Shown here: positions 20,284 to 30,258 of the stretch, in pieces | How the letters are laid out: the number at the start of each line of letters is the position of its first letter | Numbering within the stretch: position 1 is the first letter of the stretch | NCBI GenBank assembly: GCA_965215015.1 | Contig: OZ244042.1 | Coordinates: forward strand, 3,840,001 to 3,904,000 | Source of the DNA: Candidatus Poribacteria bacterium | GTDB lineage: Bacteria; Poribacteria; WGA-4E; PCPOR2b | DNA: 64,000 bases | Reading direction: 5' to 3' | Made by a program: the position numbers and the translations under genes | The notes under the pieces: model-generated | What the model was told of the DNA's origin: nothing | Seen by the model: the letters and a program-made list of their open reading frames with translations, nothing else | The model's database searches: none

Positions 20284-21537
20284 TTACTCTCCTTGGTAGC
20301 GCATTTCCTCCCAAACCTCGCGGGCGTAAGCGGTAGCTTCCTCGCTTGGCGGATTAAACCCATTGATGCTGGGGGCTGGCTGATTAGGGTTGTGGTGTTC
20401 GGGCCAAGGAGACCAGTTATCGTCCTCGTAATCCACCCTGACGGATTCTCGGCGAAAATCTGGAATTTCGTAGGGTGCTCCGTTATCCAGACATGACCGC
20501 CACGCTTGAATCCCGACCATCGCCATCTCAAGCCCACGATAGACATCAAAGTAGGGAGGTTCGTTCTTGCGAATGGCTTCGGCGAAATGGTAGGTTGTGA
20601 AGAAATCGCCGCCGCTATGTCCTGCCTGTCGTGCCTCCTCAGCGTGGTGGGGAAAATCTGGGGTATAAATCTTTTCGCGTTCATCGCCTTCCCGCAGATC
20701 CCACGGCTCGTGCATCACGCGCAGGGAGCCGGGGGCACCAGCCCGTAGATTCTCCATCAGTCCGCGTGTGCCGTGAATCCGATACCAGACGCCGTGCCCG
20801 CGCATCTTTAGGCCCATAATCCGGACGACCGAGTTGTTGTCCATGCGGCAGAGGATGATACCACCGGGGTCGCCTCGCTGGACATTCAATTTTTCGGTAT
20901 CGTTGTCGGAACGGGGGATTGACAGCGCGTTCACACTCACCGGATGAGTGTCGGTGATGTACATAATTGGTGCCAGCGCGTGAGAGCAGTAGTAGGTAGA
21001 CGGAATCCAGTTGCGCCAGTGGTTCATCCCCGGCGATAATAGGTTGTAACCTCGTGAATCGAAGGGGTGGTTATACTCCCCTTCTCCGTATTGCATCTCG
21101 CCGACCTCATCGCTCTGGTAGAGGCGGCGCATCGCCTGATTGTAGGCAAAATAGGGGTAATTCTCGGCGAACAGATAGATTTTGCCGGACTTGTCTACCG
21201 CCCGCGCCAATGCCACTCCTTCCGCTGGCGTTCCACACGCGGTTGTTTCACTCATCACATGCAGCCCTGCCTCAAGGGCTTTGACGGCAAAGGGGGCATG
21301 CTGATGAAAGTAGTTCGCCAAAACAACGGCGTCCATGTCGTGGGAAAGAAACCCCTCGTAATCCGTGTATGTCGTAACGTTTAGTGTTTTTCCCGCCTCA
21401 TACAGCTTCGCCTCCCACGTATCGCAGAGTGCGACCAATTCCATGCCAACAAAGGGAGTGCCCTGCGCGAATCCCATTCCGCGCCCGACCCCAACGACGC
21501 CGACGCGAATCTTGTTTTGATCGGTTTTCCTTGTCAC
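20284..21537 (-). CDS. Gfo/Idh/MocA family oxidoreductase
   Basis: VGVVGVGRG, HVMSETTA, AENYPY, GHSGGD. Confidence 0.92.
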   Translation of the reverse strand: MTRKTDQNKIRVGVVGVGRGMGFAQGTPFVGMELVALCDTWEAKLYEAGKTLNVTTYTDYEGFLSHDMDAVVLANYFHQHAPFAVKALEAGLHVMSETTACGTPAEGVALARAVDKSGKIYLFAENYPYFAYNQAMRRLYQSDEVGEMQYGEGEYNHPFDSRGYNLLSPGMNHWRNWIPSTYYCSHALAPIMYITDTHPVSVNALSIPRSDNDTEKLNVQRGDPGGIILCRMDNNSVVRIMGLKMRGHGVWYRIHGTRGLMENLRAGAPGSLRVMHEPWDLREGDEREKIYTPDFPHHAEEARQAGHSGGDFFTTYHFAEAIRKNEPPYFDVYRGLEMAMVGIQAWRSCLDNGAPYEIPDFRRESVRVDYEDDNWSPWPEHHNPNQPAPSINGFNPPSEEATAYAREVWEEMRYQGE

Positions 21538-21769
21538 GGACGTGCTCCTTTCAGAATATCAGAAACCCACATCTAAAGCTCCAATTGCTTTGGATCCCGA
21601 AGATACTAACAATAGAACTCCCAATACTGTTACGCCACGCGATTGGCTCCATCCGCCCTGAACATTGCGCTATTCTGACACTGCCTAGACAAGCGAATTG
21701 CCCTGGTTCGCCGATAGATGCACACAGCCATTCACACAGATGCGTAAGCTCTAATATTGTTTCGGTAGT

Positions 21770-21860
21770 GGTTCAGTCAAAAAGAAGGTGCAAGGCGCGA
21801 AGGGAAACCGAGTTTTTCGGCAAAACTCGGTTTCTATTGCACGATTTCTTAACATGAGCC
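21770..21860. mobile_element. 91-bp MITE with 8-bp target-site duplication (IS1595-like ends)
   Basis: TCGGTAGT at 21762-21769 and 21861-21868; imperfect TIRs GGTTCAGTCAAAAAGAA / TTCTTAACATGAGCC; internal hairpin AACCGAGTTTT..AAAACTCGGTT. Confidence 0.75.
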
Positions 21861-21890
21861 TCGGTAGTTTGCTTGATGAGCACCCTTCAG

Positions 21891-23798
21891 TTAATTTTGT
21901 AGGGCAATTTGAGTAGATAAGACTTTGACGAGTTCATCTAAGTGGACGTGGCGGAAAAACTCCGAAAGCCGCTTCTGCTTCGGTTTCATCGGGAGTAAAA
22001 TAAAATCTGAATAATGTACTTGGAGGCATTCAAACACCATGCGATAGGCCTGACTTGTGGCATATCCGACAACCAAAGTATAGCAGGTGCTGTGCTTATT
22101 AAGATAGGCTTTGAATCGATCGGCACCCAACTGTATCTGCGCGGTATTTCTGGGGGATAGCTGGAAATCATAGCGAACGACGGGTTCCTCAGATTCAAAT
22201 TCTTCTGGTACTGGACCGTAGAGTCCGGAAAGAGTAATTTTGTGAATCGCCCGTTGATTGTTCCCAAAAGCATTTTGAAGCTTGGTGTTGATGATAGTGT
22301 GTGTACGTGAAAGTGAATACGGCTTTTTCCCTGCACACGGAATTGCCAAAAGAATCTTTTTATCCTTCGGGGGGTTGTAATTTGCTGGAACAGAAAAAGA
22401 GTCGGGCGTATAATCGAGTGAAATCGTCGGTTGTTCGTTCTGAAGCGATGAATCCGTTTCTTTTGTTGAAATTGTCGGAAAAAGTTCCAATTGATACGGG
22501 TTACTCTTGACCATACGCCGATTTTCTGACGTGGAGACACCAACAACGGTCTTTGCCATACGATTGGCAAATGCTTTATTATTTTCCATCAACCAGCCGA
22601 CCGCGTTACGGCTGCCTCGCGATGTAGAAGCATGAAGGACTAATTCTTCCAGTGCCTCATCGGCTTCAATGGCGTCCTTCATGCGAGAAAGCAGCCCTGC
22701 TTCCAACTCGAAATTATGCAAGGCGATCGCCGCATAACATTCGCTCTTGTATTTTCCGGTCGAAGTCCGCTTATAGCTGACCTCTTCCATTAAGGTGCGC
22801 TGCATCTCATCAAGGGAAACGTCCCGGCAGATGCGGCAAGTACAGGTCAGTTCATCCAGTTCCATCAGCCTTCGCTTCGTTCGTGTCAATGGGTCTGCGT
22901 AGTTGAGTCTACGTGCTGCTTGAATATAGCTGGTACTGTCAAAGCTATCGACACCCATGTACGCCAATATAGGTGTCAATTCGCCGGAGACGCCGAAAGC
23001 GTGGATGGGAGTATGGTGCCGCTCTGATTCTGGAATCGCTTTTTGAACTCCGCAGATTCGCTCAAGCACTGCCGAATCCTGTTTCCCCCGCAGCGGCACT
23101 AGAGAGCCAACCGCTAGTCCAAAAGAGGGCAGCACGCCTAAAAGCCGATCAAAAACTTGCTTAACATAACTCTCAATATCTGATTGGGATTGTCCATGAC
23201 AGCAAACGTATAAAAAGGGAGGTTGTGCTCTGGTTTCAAGCAATGTAGCGACGCGATAGGCATTTTTTAGACTTAGGTTCATCCGTTTCTCAGCTTCAGA
23301 GCGTTCCAACCCCGGTGGTAACGGATAATCTAAAGAAGCAATAATTTCGCCTCCAAAATCTTCCTGAAGCGCGAAAATATCATCGGCTTCGGTCTCCTTT
23401 TCAATTCCAAATTCCTTTAGGTCTAACCCTGCGTTGTAAAGCAGCTTAAATCCACCGGAGTCCAGAAATAGTGGGGCATTATAAACACCGTTTACCTCTT
23501 GATACCACTCACGCATTGTTTTTTGACGCCACGTTGTTAAATGTTTCCCCTCAAACGGGAAGTCCAGAAAGTGCAAGACTTGGGATAACATCGGGACATC
23601 GTGCTTCATCAAGTCACGGAGAAGGTACTTCCAGAGACCTCCTCCCCGTGGGGTGGAGCCGGTCATAAACGAAACCACTGGATATAGTATCGGCGTTGAC
23701 AAAGGTGATAAGACTTCGCCATCTCGTTGCAAACGAAGCTCACCGATTCTGCCGCCTTTCCTCTGGACGGTCGTATGGTAAGTTGGAGTTGTGTTCAT
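21891..23798 (-). CDS. tRNA-guanine transglycosylase-family domain fused to an ArcS-type (DUF5591-like) domain
   Basis: FLDSGGF, ASLDYP, GLAVGSLVP, PIHAFGV, GVDSFDS, CTCRIC-x36-H; C-terminal PCAGKKPYSLSRTH and GPVPEEFE..P...YD. Confidence 0.88.
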   Translation of the reverse strand: MNTTPTYHTTVQRKGGRIGELRLQRDGEVLSPLSTPILYPVVSFMTGSTPRGGGLWKYLLRDLMKHDVPMLSQVLHFLDFPFEGKHLTTWRQKTMREWYQEVNGVYNAPLFLDSGGFKLLYNAGLDLKEFGIEKETEADDIFALQEDFGGEIIASLDYPLPPGLERSEAEKRMNLSLKNAYRVATLLETRAQPPFLYVCCHGQSQSDIESYVKQVFDRLLGVLPSFGLAVGSLVPLRGKQDSAVLERICGVQKAIPESERHHTPIHAFGVSGELTPILAYMGVDSFDSTSYIQAARRLNYADPLTRTKRRLMELDELTCTCRICRDVSLDEMQRTLMEEVSYKRTSTGKYKSECYAAIALHNFELEAGLLSRMKDAIEADEALEELVLHASTSRGSRNAVGWLMENNKAFANRMAKTVVGVSTSENRRMVKSNPYQLELFPTISTKETDSSLQNEQPTISLDYTPDSFSVPANYNPPKDKKILLAIPCAGKKPYSLSRTHTIINTKLQNAFGNNQRAIHKITLSGLYGPVPEEFESEEPVVRYDFQLSPRNTAQIQLGADRFKAYLNKHSTCYTLVVGYATSQAYRMVFECLQVHYSDFILLPMKPKQKRLSEFFRHVHLDELVKVLSTQIALQN

Positions 23799-23901
23799 AG
23801 TACGATGTTTTTCCGATGGCCATTTAAGGACTAATTTGGTTGAGTGGAATCAGTTCCAAATGCTGAGCTGGTATATATTCCATCAAAATTTAAATTTAAT
23901 G

Positions 23902-24258
23902 TAGGACTTACGCAGTTGAACGTTCAAACTTTCGTAATTCGGTGACTCCTCAAATACTGGGTGTGTTCCTCAACAGTGTTTGGTGAATTGAAAATACCAA
24001 GTATGTTGCGTGCCAGTCCTGTCTCAACTCACCTAGAACGTTGTGTAACCGTGTCGGGTGTCCACTGTTGCACAACAGGGTTGGTATCTATACGACTCAC
24101 GCCGCCCGATGAATCGGGTAACTCCAGTTCAGCCGCCAGGAGTCGGCACGGTCCGCTGTGCTGTCATTGGCACAACGGCTACGGCATACGGCGTATGCCG
24201 ACTCCCTTAAAGACGCGGGTTGAATTGCGCGACTACAAGCTCAAGTGCGTAACTCCTA
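23902..24258. mobile_element. 357-bp MITE-like element, TA-flanked 18-bp TIRs
   Basis: TAGGACTTACGCAGTTGA ... TCAAGTGCGTAACTCCTA (16/18 complementary). Confidence 0.75.
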
Positions 24259-24604
24259 AAATGAATAAAGTGGCGGTTTTTCATGGCCGCACCGAACGCC
24301 CCATGAAACCAAATATTGAAGCCTATTTTGTGCAACATGATTTTGAATCGTCTCCGGCAATATTGACTGGCGACATGATAAAACAATCAACCCAACATTT
24401 TCCAAGGGTGGTTCTCAAAACAACTTTATCATTCGGCAATTATACGATCCCTTCCGTCAGTGGGGCATCAACACTCAAAAGGAAGTTCGCCCACTTTTCT
24501 TTTCATTCGATTCACGGACGCCCCCAGTGTTGTTGGGAACATGCATTTGCCAATAAGAACGATTACAACAGTATCCGATTGGTAAAATCCGCGAGTTATC
24601 AGAT

Positions 24605-25621
24605 TCATGAACCTACCTGAATATTTAACCTCAACTCATCAAGCCGTTTTTGAGCAATCTGATTATACGCTTCTTCTTTCTCAATCATTACCCATTTTCG
24701 GTTCTGTTTTTCCGCGATGACCCCGGTCGTACCAGTCCCTGAGAATGGGTCAAGAATAAGGTCGTCTTCATTGGTTCCCGCCAAGATGAGCCGTTCAACA
24801 ACCTGAAGCGGCTTTTGGGAAGGGTGTTTTCCATGTTTTCGTTCCGAAGGCTTAATTAGTGGAATTTCCCACATATTCCGCATCTGTTTGTTATTATTTA
24901 TCGCCTTCATCGTATGATAGTTGAAGGTCCAATTCTTCGCCTTCTTACTCTCATTGTTGACCGCCCATAAGATGAACTCGGTAGACTCAGTAAACATGCG
25001 ACAAGTAATATTGGGCTGTGCATTCGGTTTATACCAAACAATTTGGGTAATAATTCGCCGGTCAAATATATTTTGCAGAATGAATCCAAGCGTAAAGATA
25101 CTGTGAAATGAACCAAAAACAAAGATATTCCCGTTTGGCTTGACGACTCTCAAAACTTCAGTAATCCAATCGAGTGTAAATTGGAAATATTCGTCTTTTG
25201 AAAAAATATCCCAGCCTTCTTGCATGGTAATATGAGAACTGAACGCCCAGCCCAACCCTTTCTTTTGAGATATGTTGAACGGTGGGTCAGCAATGCAGCA
25301 ATCGAAGGCACTGTCCGGCAAAAAAGGCAAAATACTGAGGCAATCGCCGCATAAAATTTGTTTGACGGGCAGATTCTCAAGTAGGCTATCCAAAGGTAAG
25401 GTGAGATCCGCTTCTGATAGAGCTGTCTGTATCTGATTTTCTGAAGCAACTGTGGATTTTGCTCCCGGATCTGGATTGAGAGTCGTCTTCGGTTGGAGCG
25501 GGTGAACTCCCGTTTCAAGATATTGAATCAGTTGAGCTTTATTCAACGAAGAGTATCCTCTTAATCTACGTTTTTTCGCCTCTCTTCTCAGATCTTTGTC
25601 TCGCATTTGATTAAAGTTCAT
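24605..25621 (-). CDS. Beta-class N6/N4 DNA methyltransferase (DpnB-like) with N-terminal Rho_N/HeH-like motif
   Basis: IADPPFN, KPNG, WYKPN..PN, KHPSQKP, LDPFSGTGTT; N-terminal DLRREAKKRRLRGYSSLNKAQLIQYL. Confidence 0.92.
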   Translation of the reverse strand: MNFNQMRDKDLRREAKKRRLRGYSSLNKAQLIQYLETGVHPLQPKTTLNPDPGAKSTVASENQIQTALSEADLTLPLDSLLENLPVKQILCGDCLSILPFLPDSAFDCCIADPPFNISQKKGLGWAFSSHITMQEGWDIFSKDEYFQFTLDWITEVLRVVKPNGNIFVFGSFHSIFTLGFILQNIFDRRIITQIVWYKPNAQPNITCRMFTESTEFILWAVNNESKKAKNWTFNYHTMKAINNNKQMRNMWEIPLIKPSERKHGKHPSQKPLQVVERLILAGTNEDDLILDPFSGTGTTGVIAEKQNRKWVMIEKEEAYNQIAQKRLDELRLNIQVGS

Positions 25622-25668
25622 TATACGCAGCCCGTACTGCTTCAAGAAAACTATACCGTAAGGTCTTC

Positions 25669-27264
25669 CTATGCTCGCCGCAGGACCTGCCCACTACGCT
25701 TCCCAGTCAACTCCCCATGTTTAAGAGCCACCTCTCCATTGACGATGACATGGCGCATACCGAGGGCGGTCTGGTTCGGTTCAAAGGTGGTGCCCTGATC
25801 TGCAAAAGTCATCGGATCGAAAATTGCCACATCTGCCCAGGCTCCCTTGCGAAAGAGACCGCGGTCTCTTAAGCCAAGTCGGCTGGCTGGCAATGACGTG
25901 AGCCTGCGGATCGCTTCTTGCGGACTGAACGTTTTTTTCTCGCGCACAAAGTGCCGGTAGAACCAAGACGCCCATGTGTACGCGCCGTGGAACGCTGTCC
26001 CCGCTAACGGTCCGTCAGTCGCTAGCGCGGTAGCGTCGGAACCGACCATGCAACTGGGGTGCTCAAAGGCGATGCGAATATCTTCTTCCTGATAGGTGAA
26101 GGCAAGAATCATCAGGCTGTGAAGGTCGTCAATTTCAGCGAGCAGGAGGTTGTAGATAGCATCGAACGGGGCAACAGCCGTCAATTCGCTGATTTCAGCG
26201 ATGCTCTTGCGGGAGAATTCGGGGCGCGCTTTGCTGTTAAAAAGGACAATGTTCTTCCAATCTCCCCGTGCCAGAGCGGTGATTATACTGGAATAGGTTT
26301 TCAACTCTCGGCGGACCGCAGGCGACCGTAGGCGCGCGGCAATGGCGGCTGTGTCCCCCTCTAGGGCCCATGGTGGCAGGGCAGCACTTAGGTTGGTAGT
26401 TCCGAACAGTCGTGTGTGCATATCAAAACCGACATCTAACCCACCATCCTGTGCTTCGTCAACCTGCCTGAGAGCATCTTCGATTGCCGCCCGTCCATCC
26501 TCAGCGAGTCGCGAGACCACTAAGATGTGGGAAATTTGGAGAGGTAGGTTCGATGCGTCGCCGGTCCGGATTGCCTCCGCAATGGTTTCCTGCGCTTCCC
26601 CGTCTCGATTGCGGGTATGGGTCGCATAGAATCCCCCGGCGTCGGATGCCACTCGACAGAGTTCGACAATCTCCGTTTCCGTACAGCCTCTTTCGGGTCC
26701 GTATTCAAGTCCTGTGGAAAAACCGAACGCCCCTTCCTCTAGGCTCTGTGATAGCAGAGTTTTCATCTGTTTTAGTTCATCGGGTATTGAGGGACGATCT
26801 ACCAGCCCGGCGACAGCAAGGCGCAGGTTGCCGTTTGGAACGAGGGAGGCAACGTTGACCGCAGGCTTTCCCACTTCAAGGCATTCGAGGTATTCAGCCA
26901 TCGTGCGCCAATCGATCTCGTGTCCCTCTAGGTGTCCGTAGATGTTCATTTTTGCCAATTCCGGGTCGCCGATGGGTGCACAGCCGTGACCGCAGTTGCC
27001 AACGACTTCGAGGGTCACACCTTGGGTTATTGAACTCATCGCCCGTGGATCAACAATCATTGTGAAATCGGAATGGCTGTGGATATCGATGAAGCCGGGC
27101 GCGACAAAGAGGCCTTGGGCATCTAAGCACGGCACCCCTTCCTGTTTTTCGATTGCGCCAATGTCGAGGATTTTGCCATTTGCAATCACCACATCTGCAC
27201 GAAAAGGTGGGGCTCCCGTACCATCGATAACAGTCCCACCATGAATCAGCAGATCCGCCTGCAT
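25669..27264 (-). CDS. N-acyl-D-amino-acid deacylase (D-aminoacylase) family amidohydrolase
   Basis: IDGTGAP, PGFIDIHSHSD, GNCG, STGLEY, HTRN, GSD, DRG. Confidence 0.92.
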   Translation of the reverse strand: MQADLLIHGGTVIDGTGAPPFRADVVIANGKILDIGAIEKQEGVPCLDAQGLFVAPGFIDIHSHSDFTMIVDPRAMSSITQGVTLEVVGNCGHGCAPIGDPELAKMNIYGHLEGHEIDWRTMAEYLECLEVGKPAVNVASLVPNGNLRLAVAGLVDRPSIPDELKQMKTLLSQSLEEGAFGFSTGLEYGPERGCTETEIVELCRVASDAGGFYATHTRNRDGEAQETIAEAIRTGDASNLPLQISHILVVSRLAEDGRAAIEDALRQVDEAQDGGLDVGFDMHTRLFGTTNLSAALPPWALEGDTAAIAARLRSPAVRRELKTYSSIITALARGDWKNIVLFNSKARPEFSRKSIAEISELTAVAPFDAIYNLLLAEIDDLHSLMILAFTYQEEDIRIAFEHPSCMVGSDATALATDGPLAGTAFHGAYTWASWFYRHFVREKKTFSPQEAIRRLTSLPASRLGLRDRGLFRKGAWADVAIFDPMTFADQGTTFEPNQTALGMRHVIVNGEVALKHGELTGKRSGQVLRRA

Positions 27265-27295
27265 CTATTTGTCCTTTCGACTGAATTTTTGCCCC

Positions 27296-28054
27296 TTATC
27301 TCGCTGTCCAACCCAGATCTATTGTCCAGTCTGCTCCGGTGACGGCACCGGCTGCCTCAGAGGAGAGGTAAAGGACAAGGGCTGCGACTTCCTCTGTCGT
27401 AATGAGCCGCTTGATGGCAGCGGGCTCTAACATGACCTGTTCGACAACGTCTTCGGTGGAAATCCCGCGTGTCCGTGCTTGATCGGCAATTTGGCTCTCA
27501 ACCAGAGGTGTGTGGACATAAGCCGGGCAGATGGCATTGACGGTAATACCGTGTTCGCCTCCCTCCAGTGCCGCCGTACGCGTGAGGCCGATGAGACCGT
27601 GTTTGGCTGTCACGTAAGCACTCTTAAAGGGTGAAGCGACCCGTCCGTGAATGGAGGAGATGTTGACGATACGTCCCCACCCATGGGTTTTCATCGCCCC
27701 CCAGACGTATTTGGTCAGTAAGAAGGGCGCGGTGAGCATTACCCCCAGCATTTTGTCCCAGGTGTCTTCGGGAAAGGCCTCAATGGGGTCAATATGCTGG
27801 AACCCCGCGTTATTGATTAGAATGTGCACATCGCCGTAGTAAGCCAAGGTCTCGTCCACAAGGCACTTGCAGTCTGATCGTTGCGAAAGATTTGCTTTTA
27901 CAAAATATCCACCGATTGTGTTAGCAATCTCTTCTCCCTCAACCTCATTTAGATCAGCGACGACCACTTGATCGCCCCTGCCTGCAAGTGCTTCGGCGAC
28001 AGCTCTACCGATGCCACTCGCCCCCCCGGTGACAATGGCAACCCGTTCGCTCAT
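27296..28054 (-). CDS. 3-hydroxybutyrate dehydrogenase-like SDR
   Basis: [39 protein letters not shown]. Confidence 0.88.
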   Translation of the reverse strand: MSERVAIVTGGASGIGRAVAEALAGRGDQVVVADLNEVEGEEIANTIGGYFVKANLSQRSDCKCLVDETLAYYGDVHILINNAGFQHIDPIEAFPEDTWDKMLGVMLTAPFLLTKYVWGAMKTHGWGRIVNISSIHGRVASPFKSAYVTAKHGLIGLTRTAALEGGEHGITVNAICPAYVHTPLVESQIADQARTRGISTEDVVEQVMLEPAAIKRLITTEEVAALVLYLSSEAAGAVTGADWTIDLGWTAR

Positions 28055-28533
28055 TTTCTCTGTCCTCGCTATTGTCCGCTGGCTTTGTCATAATTCAGAG
28101 CGGAGAATCTTGCAAAGCTGGTGTGTTGGGAAGCTCAAGAAAGAGTGAAACGCATTCGATTTCCCAATCAACCCATGACATTGGTTTCTTTGACGTATTC
28201 CCAACCCTAAAGGAGACTATCGCTAACCCCCCTCAAGCCGAAAGCTTAAATGTGCTTTATTACTATGCGGAAACGGGCCATCTTTCACTTTTGGGGCACT
28301 TTTGAACTGACCTTGAACAGGATTCCCAATGTATTCAAAGACGGTTGCTCAAATCTAACAACGTCTTCAAAAATTAGCGTGCGGTCTTTTGAATATAGAA
28401 ATTGATTAGATGGATTTAGGGGACTAGCATAATACTCAGATTATGAATTGCAACTATCAACCGGTTCCCTGCTATCAATGGTGAAGGTGATATTCAAAAA
28501 AATCATAATAATTATAATAGCCTATTATTGTCC

Positions 28534-30258
28534 TCATACTTGCGTTTGTCCGCGGAGTGCTGTGGTGGCGGCTTCATCCACCGCCAGCGTTGTCTCATCG
28601 AGGACCACACCATACGCCTCCCGCGCTGCTTTAAGCGAAACTTTGCCGTTCTTGACATCATGGGCCACATCAGCGGGTGGACGCAGCAGCGGGTTGCCCC
28701 ACCCCCCACCCCCAGCCTGACGATGATAGATTCGCTCGTCCGCCTCCATCGATGTGGATATCATGGTCTGCAACACCTCTTCCGATCCGTCGGTGTGATG
28801 GAGGATATTGATCGAACCTCTTCCCGGCTTTCCACCGTAGAGACCGTAGGGGAGATGGTCTCTGCGATCGGAACGAATAGCGAGGTGGGCTTCACTTGAA
28901 AGCAGCCGCCATTCACGCTCAAGCCCAAGACCGCCGCGGAATTTGCCCGCTCCCCCGCTATCCGTAACATATCCGTAACGTTCGATCTGCACCGGGTATT
29001 CGCATTCCGCTTGCTCAATTGGGATGTTGCTGGCGACGTTGGCGGGGTTACACAGCCCATCAATTCCATCGCGGTCGGGGCGCGCTCCCCACGTTCCCGA
29101 CATCAGCTCGTAGTAGACATACGGCGTCCGATCCTCCCGTTGTCCGCCAATAATTACCAAGGAATTGCCCCCTTCGCCTGCGGCTAAGACTTGGTCCGGC
29201 AGCAAGCCTGCTAATGCGCCGAAGATAGTATCCGCCAATCGAAACCCGGTGATCCCGCGCATCGAGGACGCAGCCGGCATGACGCCATGAACCACTGTCC
29301 CCTCCGGCGCGATAATTTTCAACGGCTTAAACATGCCAGCCGTGTTTGGAATATCTTCGCGCAACACCGATCGGACACACAATGCAACCACCGATGCAGT
29401 AAAGGAGAGGGTATTATTGATGGCACCCCGGACCTGTGGGTTTGTGCCGGTAAAATCAGCGGTGAGGGTGTCCCCCTCTACCGTTATCGTTACTGTTAGG
29501 CGAACAGGCGGCCCACCGACACCGTCGCTGTCCATGTAGTCCGTGAAGGTATGGCTGCCATTGGGCCAGGAGGCGATTTCTGCGCGGACAAGCCGCTCGG
29601 TATAATCAATGAGCGATTTAGCGCAGGTGGTAAAGGTTTCCAATCCGTAACGTTGAATCAGTGTGTGCACCGCCCGCTCGCCGATATGACAGGCCGCCAG
29701 TTGCGCTCGTAGGTCCCCGATAGCCATCTGTGGCACCCTGACATTCGCACGCAGCAGCGTGAAGATTGCCTCATCGGGTTCACCTGCGCGATATAGTTTC
29801 AACCAGGGAATGCGGAAACCGTCTTGGAAGATTTCGGTATTATCACAGGCGGAGCTGCCGGGCAAACGGCCGCCTAGATCCAAATGGTGAGCGGTGCTGA
29901 CGGCAAATCCTACACGCTCATTCTCCCAAAAAATGGGTTTAACGATGAAGATATCTGGGATGTGCATCCCGCCATCAAAGGGGTCATTAAGGATAAAGAC
30001 ATCGCCGGGCTGCATATCCCCGTCGAATTTTTTAAACAACGTTTCCATTGCAAAGGGGACAGAGCCGAGGTGGAGGGGAATAGTTACACCCTGTGCAATC
30101 ATTTTGCCATCAGCGTTACAAAGGGAGGTTGAGTAGTCGAGACAGTCCCGAACAATGGTTGAATAGGCGGTACGATATAAAGCCATTGCCATTTCGTCGG
30201 CAGCCGACGCCAAAGCATTTTGCATAATCTCGCGCGTGATTGGATCAATCTTAGGCAT
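28534..30258 (-). CDS. Hydantoinase B/5-oxoprolinase family subunit
   Basis: RTAYS.IVRD, LNDPF.GGMH.PD, H..D.GG..PGS, SGGAGKFRGG, GGGGWG.P; likely start MPKIDP. Confidence 0.93.
   Translation of the reverse strand: MPKIDPITREIMQNALASAADEMAMALYRTAYSTIVRDCLDYSTSLCNADGKMIAQGVTIPLHLGSVPFAMETLFKKFDGDMQPGDVFILNDPFDGGMHIPDIFIVKPIFWENERVGFAVSTAHHLDLGGRLPGSSACDNTEIFQDGFRIPWLKLYRAGEPDEAIFTLLRANVRVPQMAIGDLRAQLAACHIGERAVHTLIQRYGLETFTTCAKSLIDYTERLVRAEIASWPNGSHTFTDYMDSDGVGGPPVRLTVTITVEGDTLTADFTGTNPQVRGAINNTLSFTASVVALCVRSVLREDIPNTAGMFKPLKIIAPEGTVVHGVMPAASSMRGITGFRLADTIFGALAGLLPDQVLAAGEGGNSLVIIGGQREDRTPYVYYELMSGTWGARPDRDGIDGLCNPANVASNIPIEQAECEYPVQIERYGYVTDSGGAGKFRGGLGLEREWRLLSSEAHLAIRSDRRDHLPYGLYGGKPGRGSINILHHTDGSEEVLQTMISTSMEADERIYHRQAGGGGWGNPLLRPPADVAHDVKNGKVSLKAAREAYGVVLDETTLAVDEAATTALRGQTQV

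Noticed and set aside
21891-23798. Canonical bacterial queuine tgt or canonical dpdA
   Set aside because: It lacks the usual TPxFMPVGT, NTYHL and FDCVxPTR signatures, carries an extra ArcS-motif domain and has no dpdB/dpdC neighbours, so no gene symbol is given
23961-24620. 219-aa + strand ORF between TGT-ArcS and the MTase
   Set aside because: It starts inside a MITE, runs through palindromic repeats, is antisense to the module and has no recognisable motif
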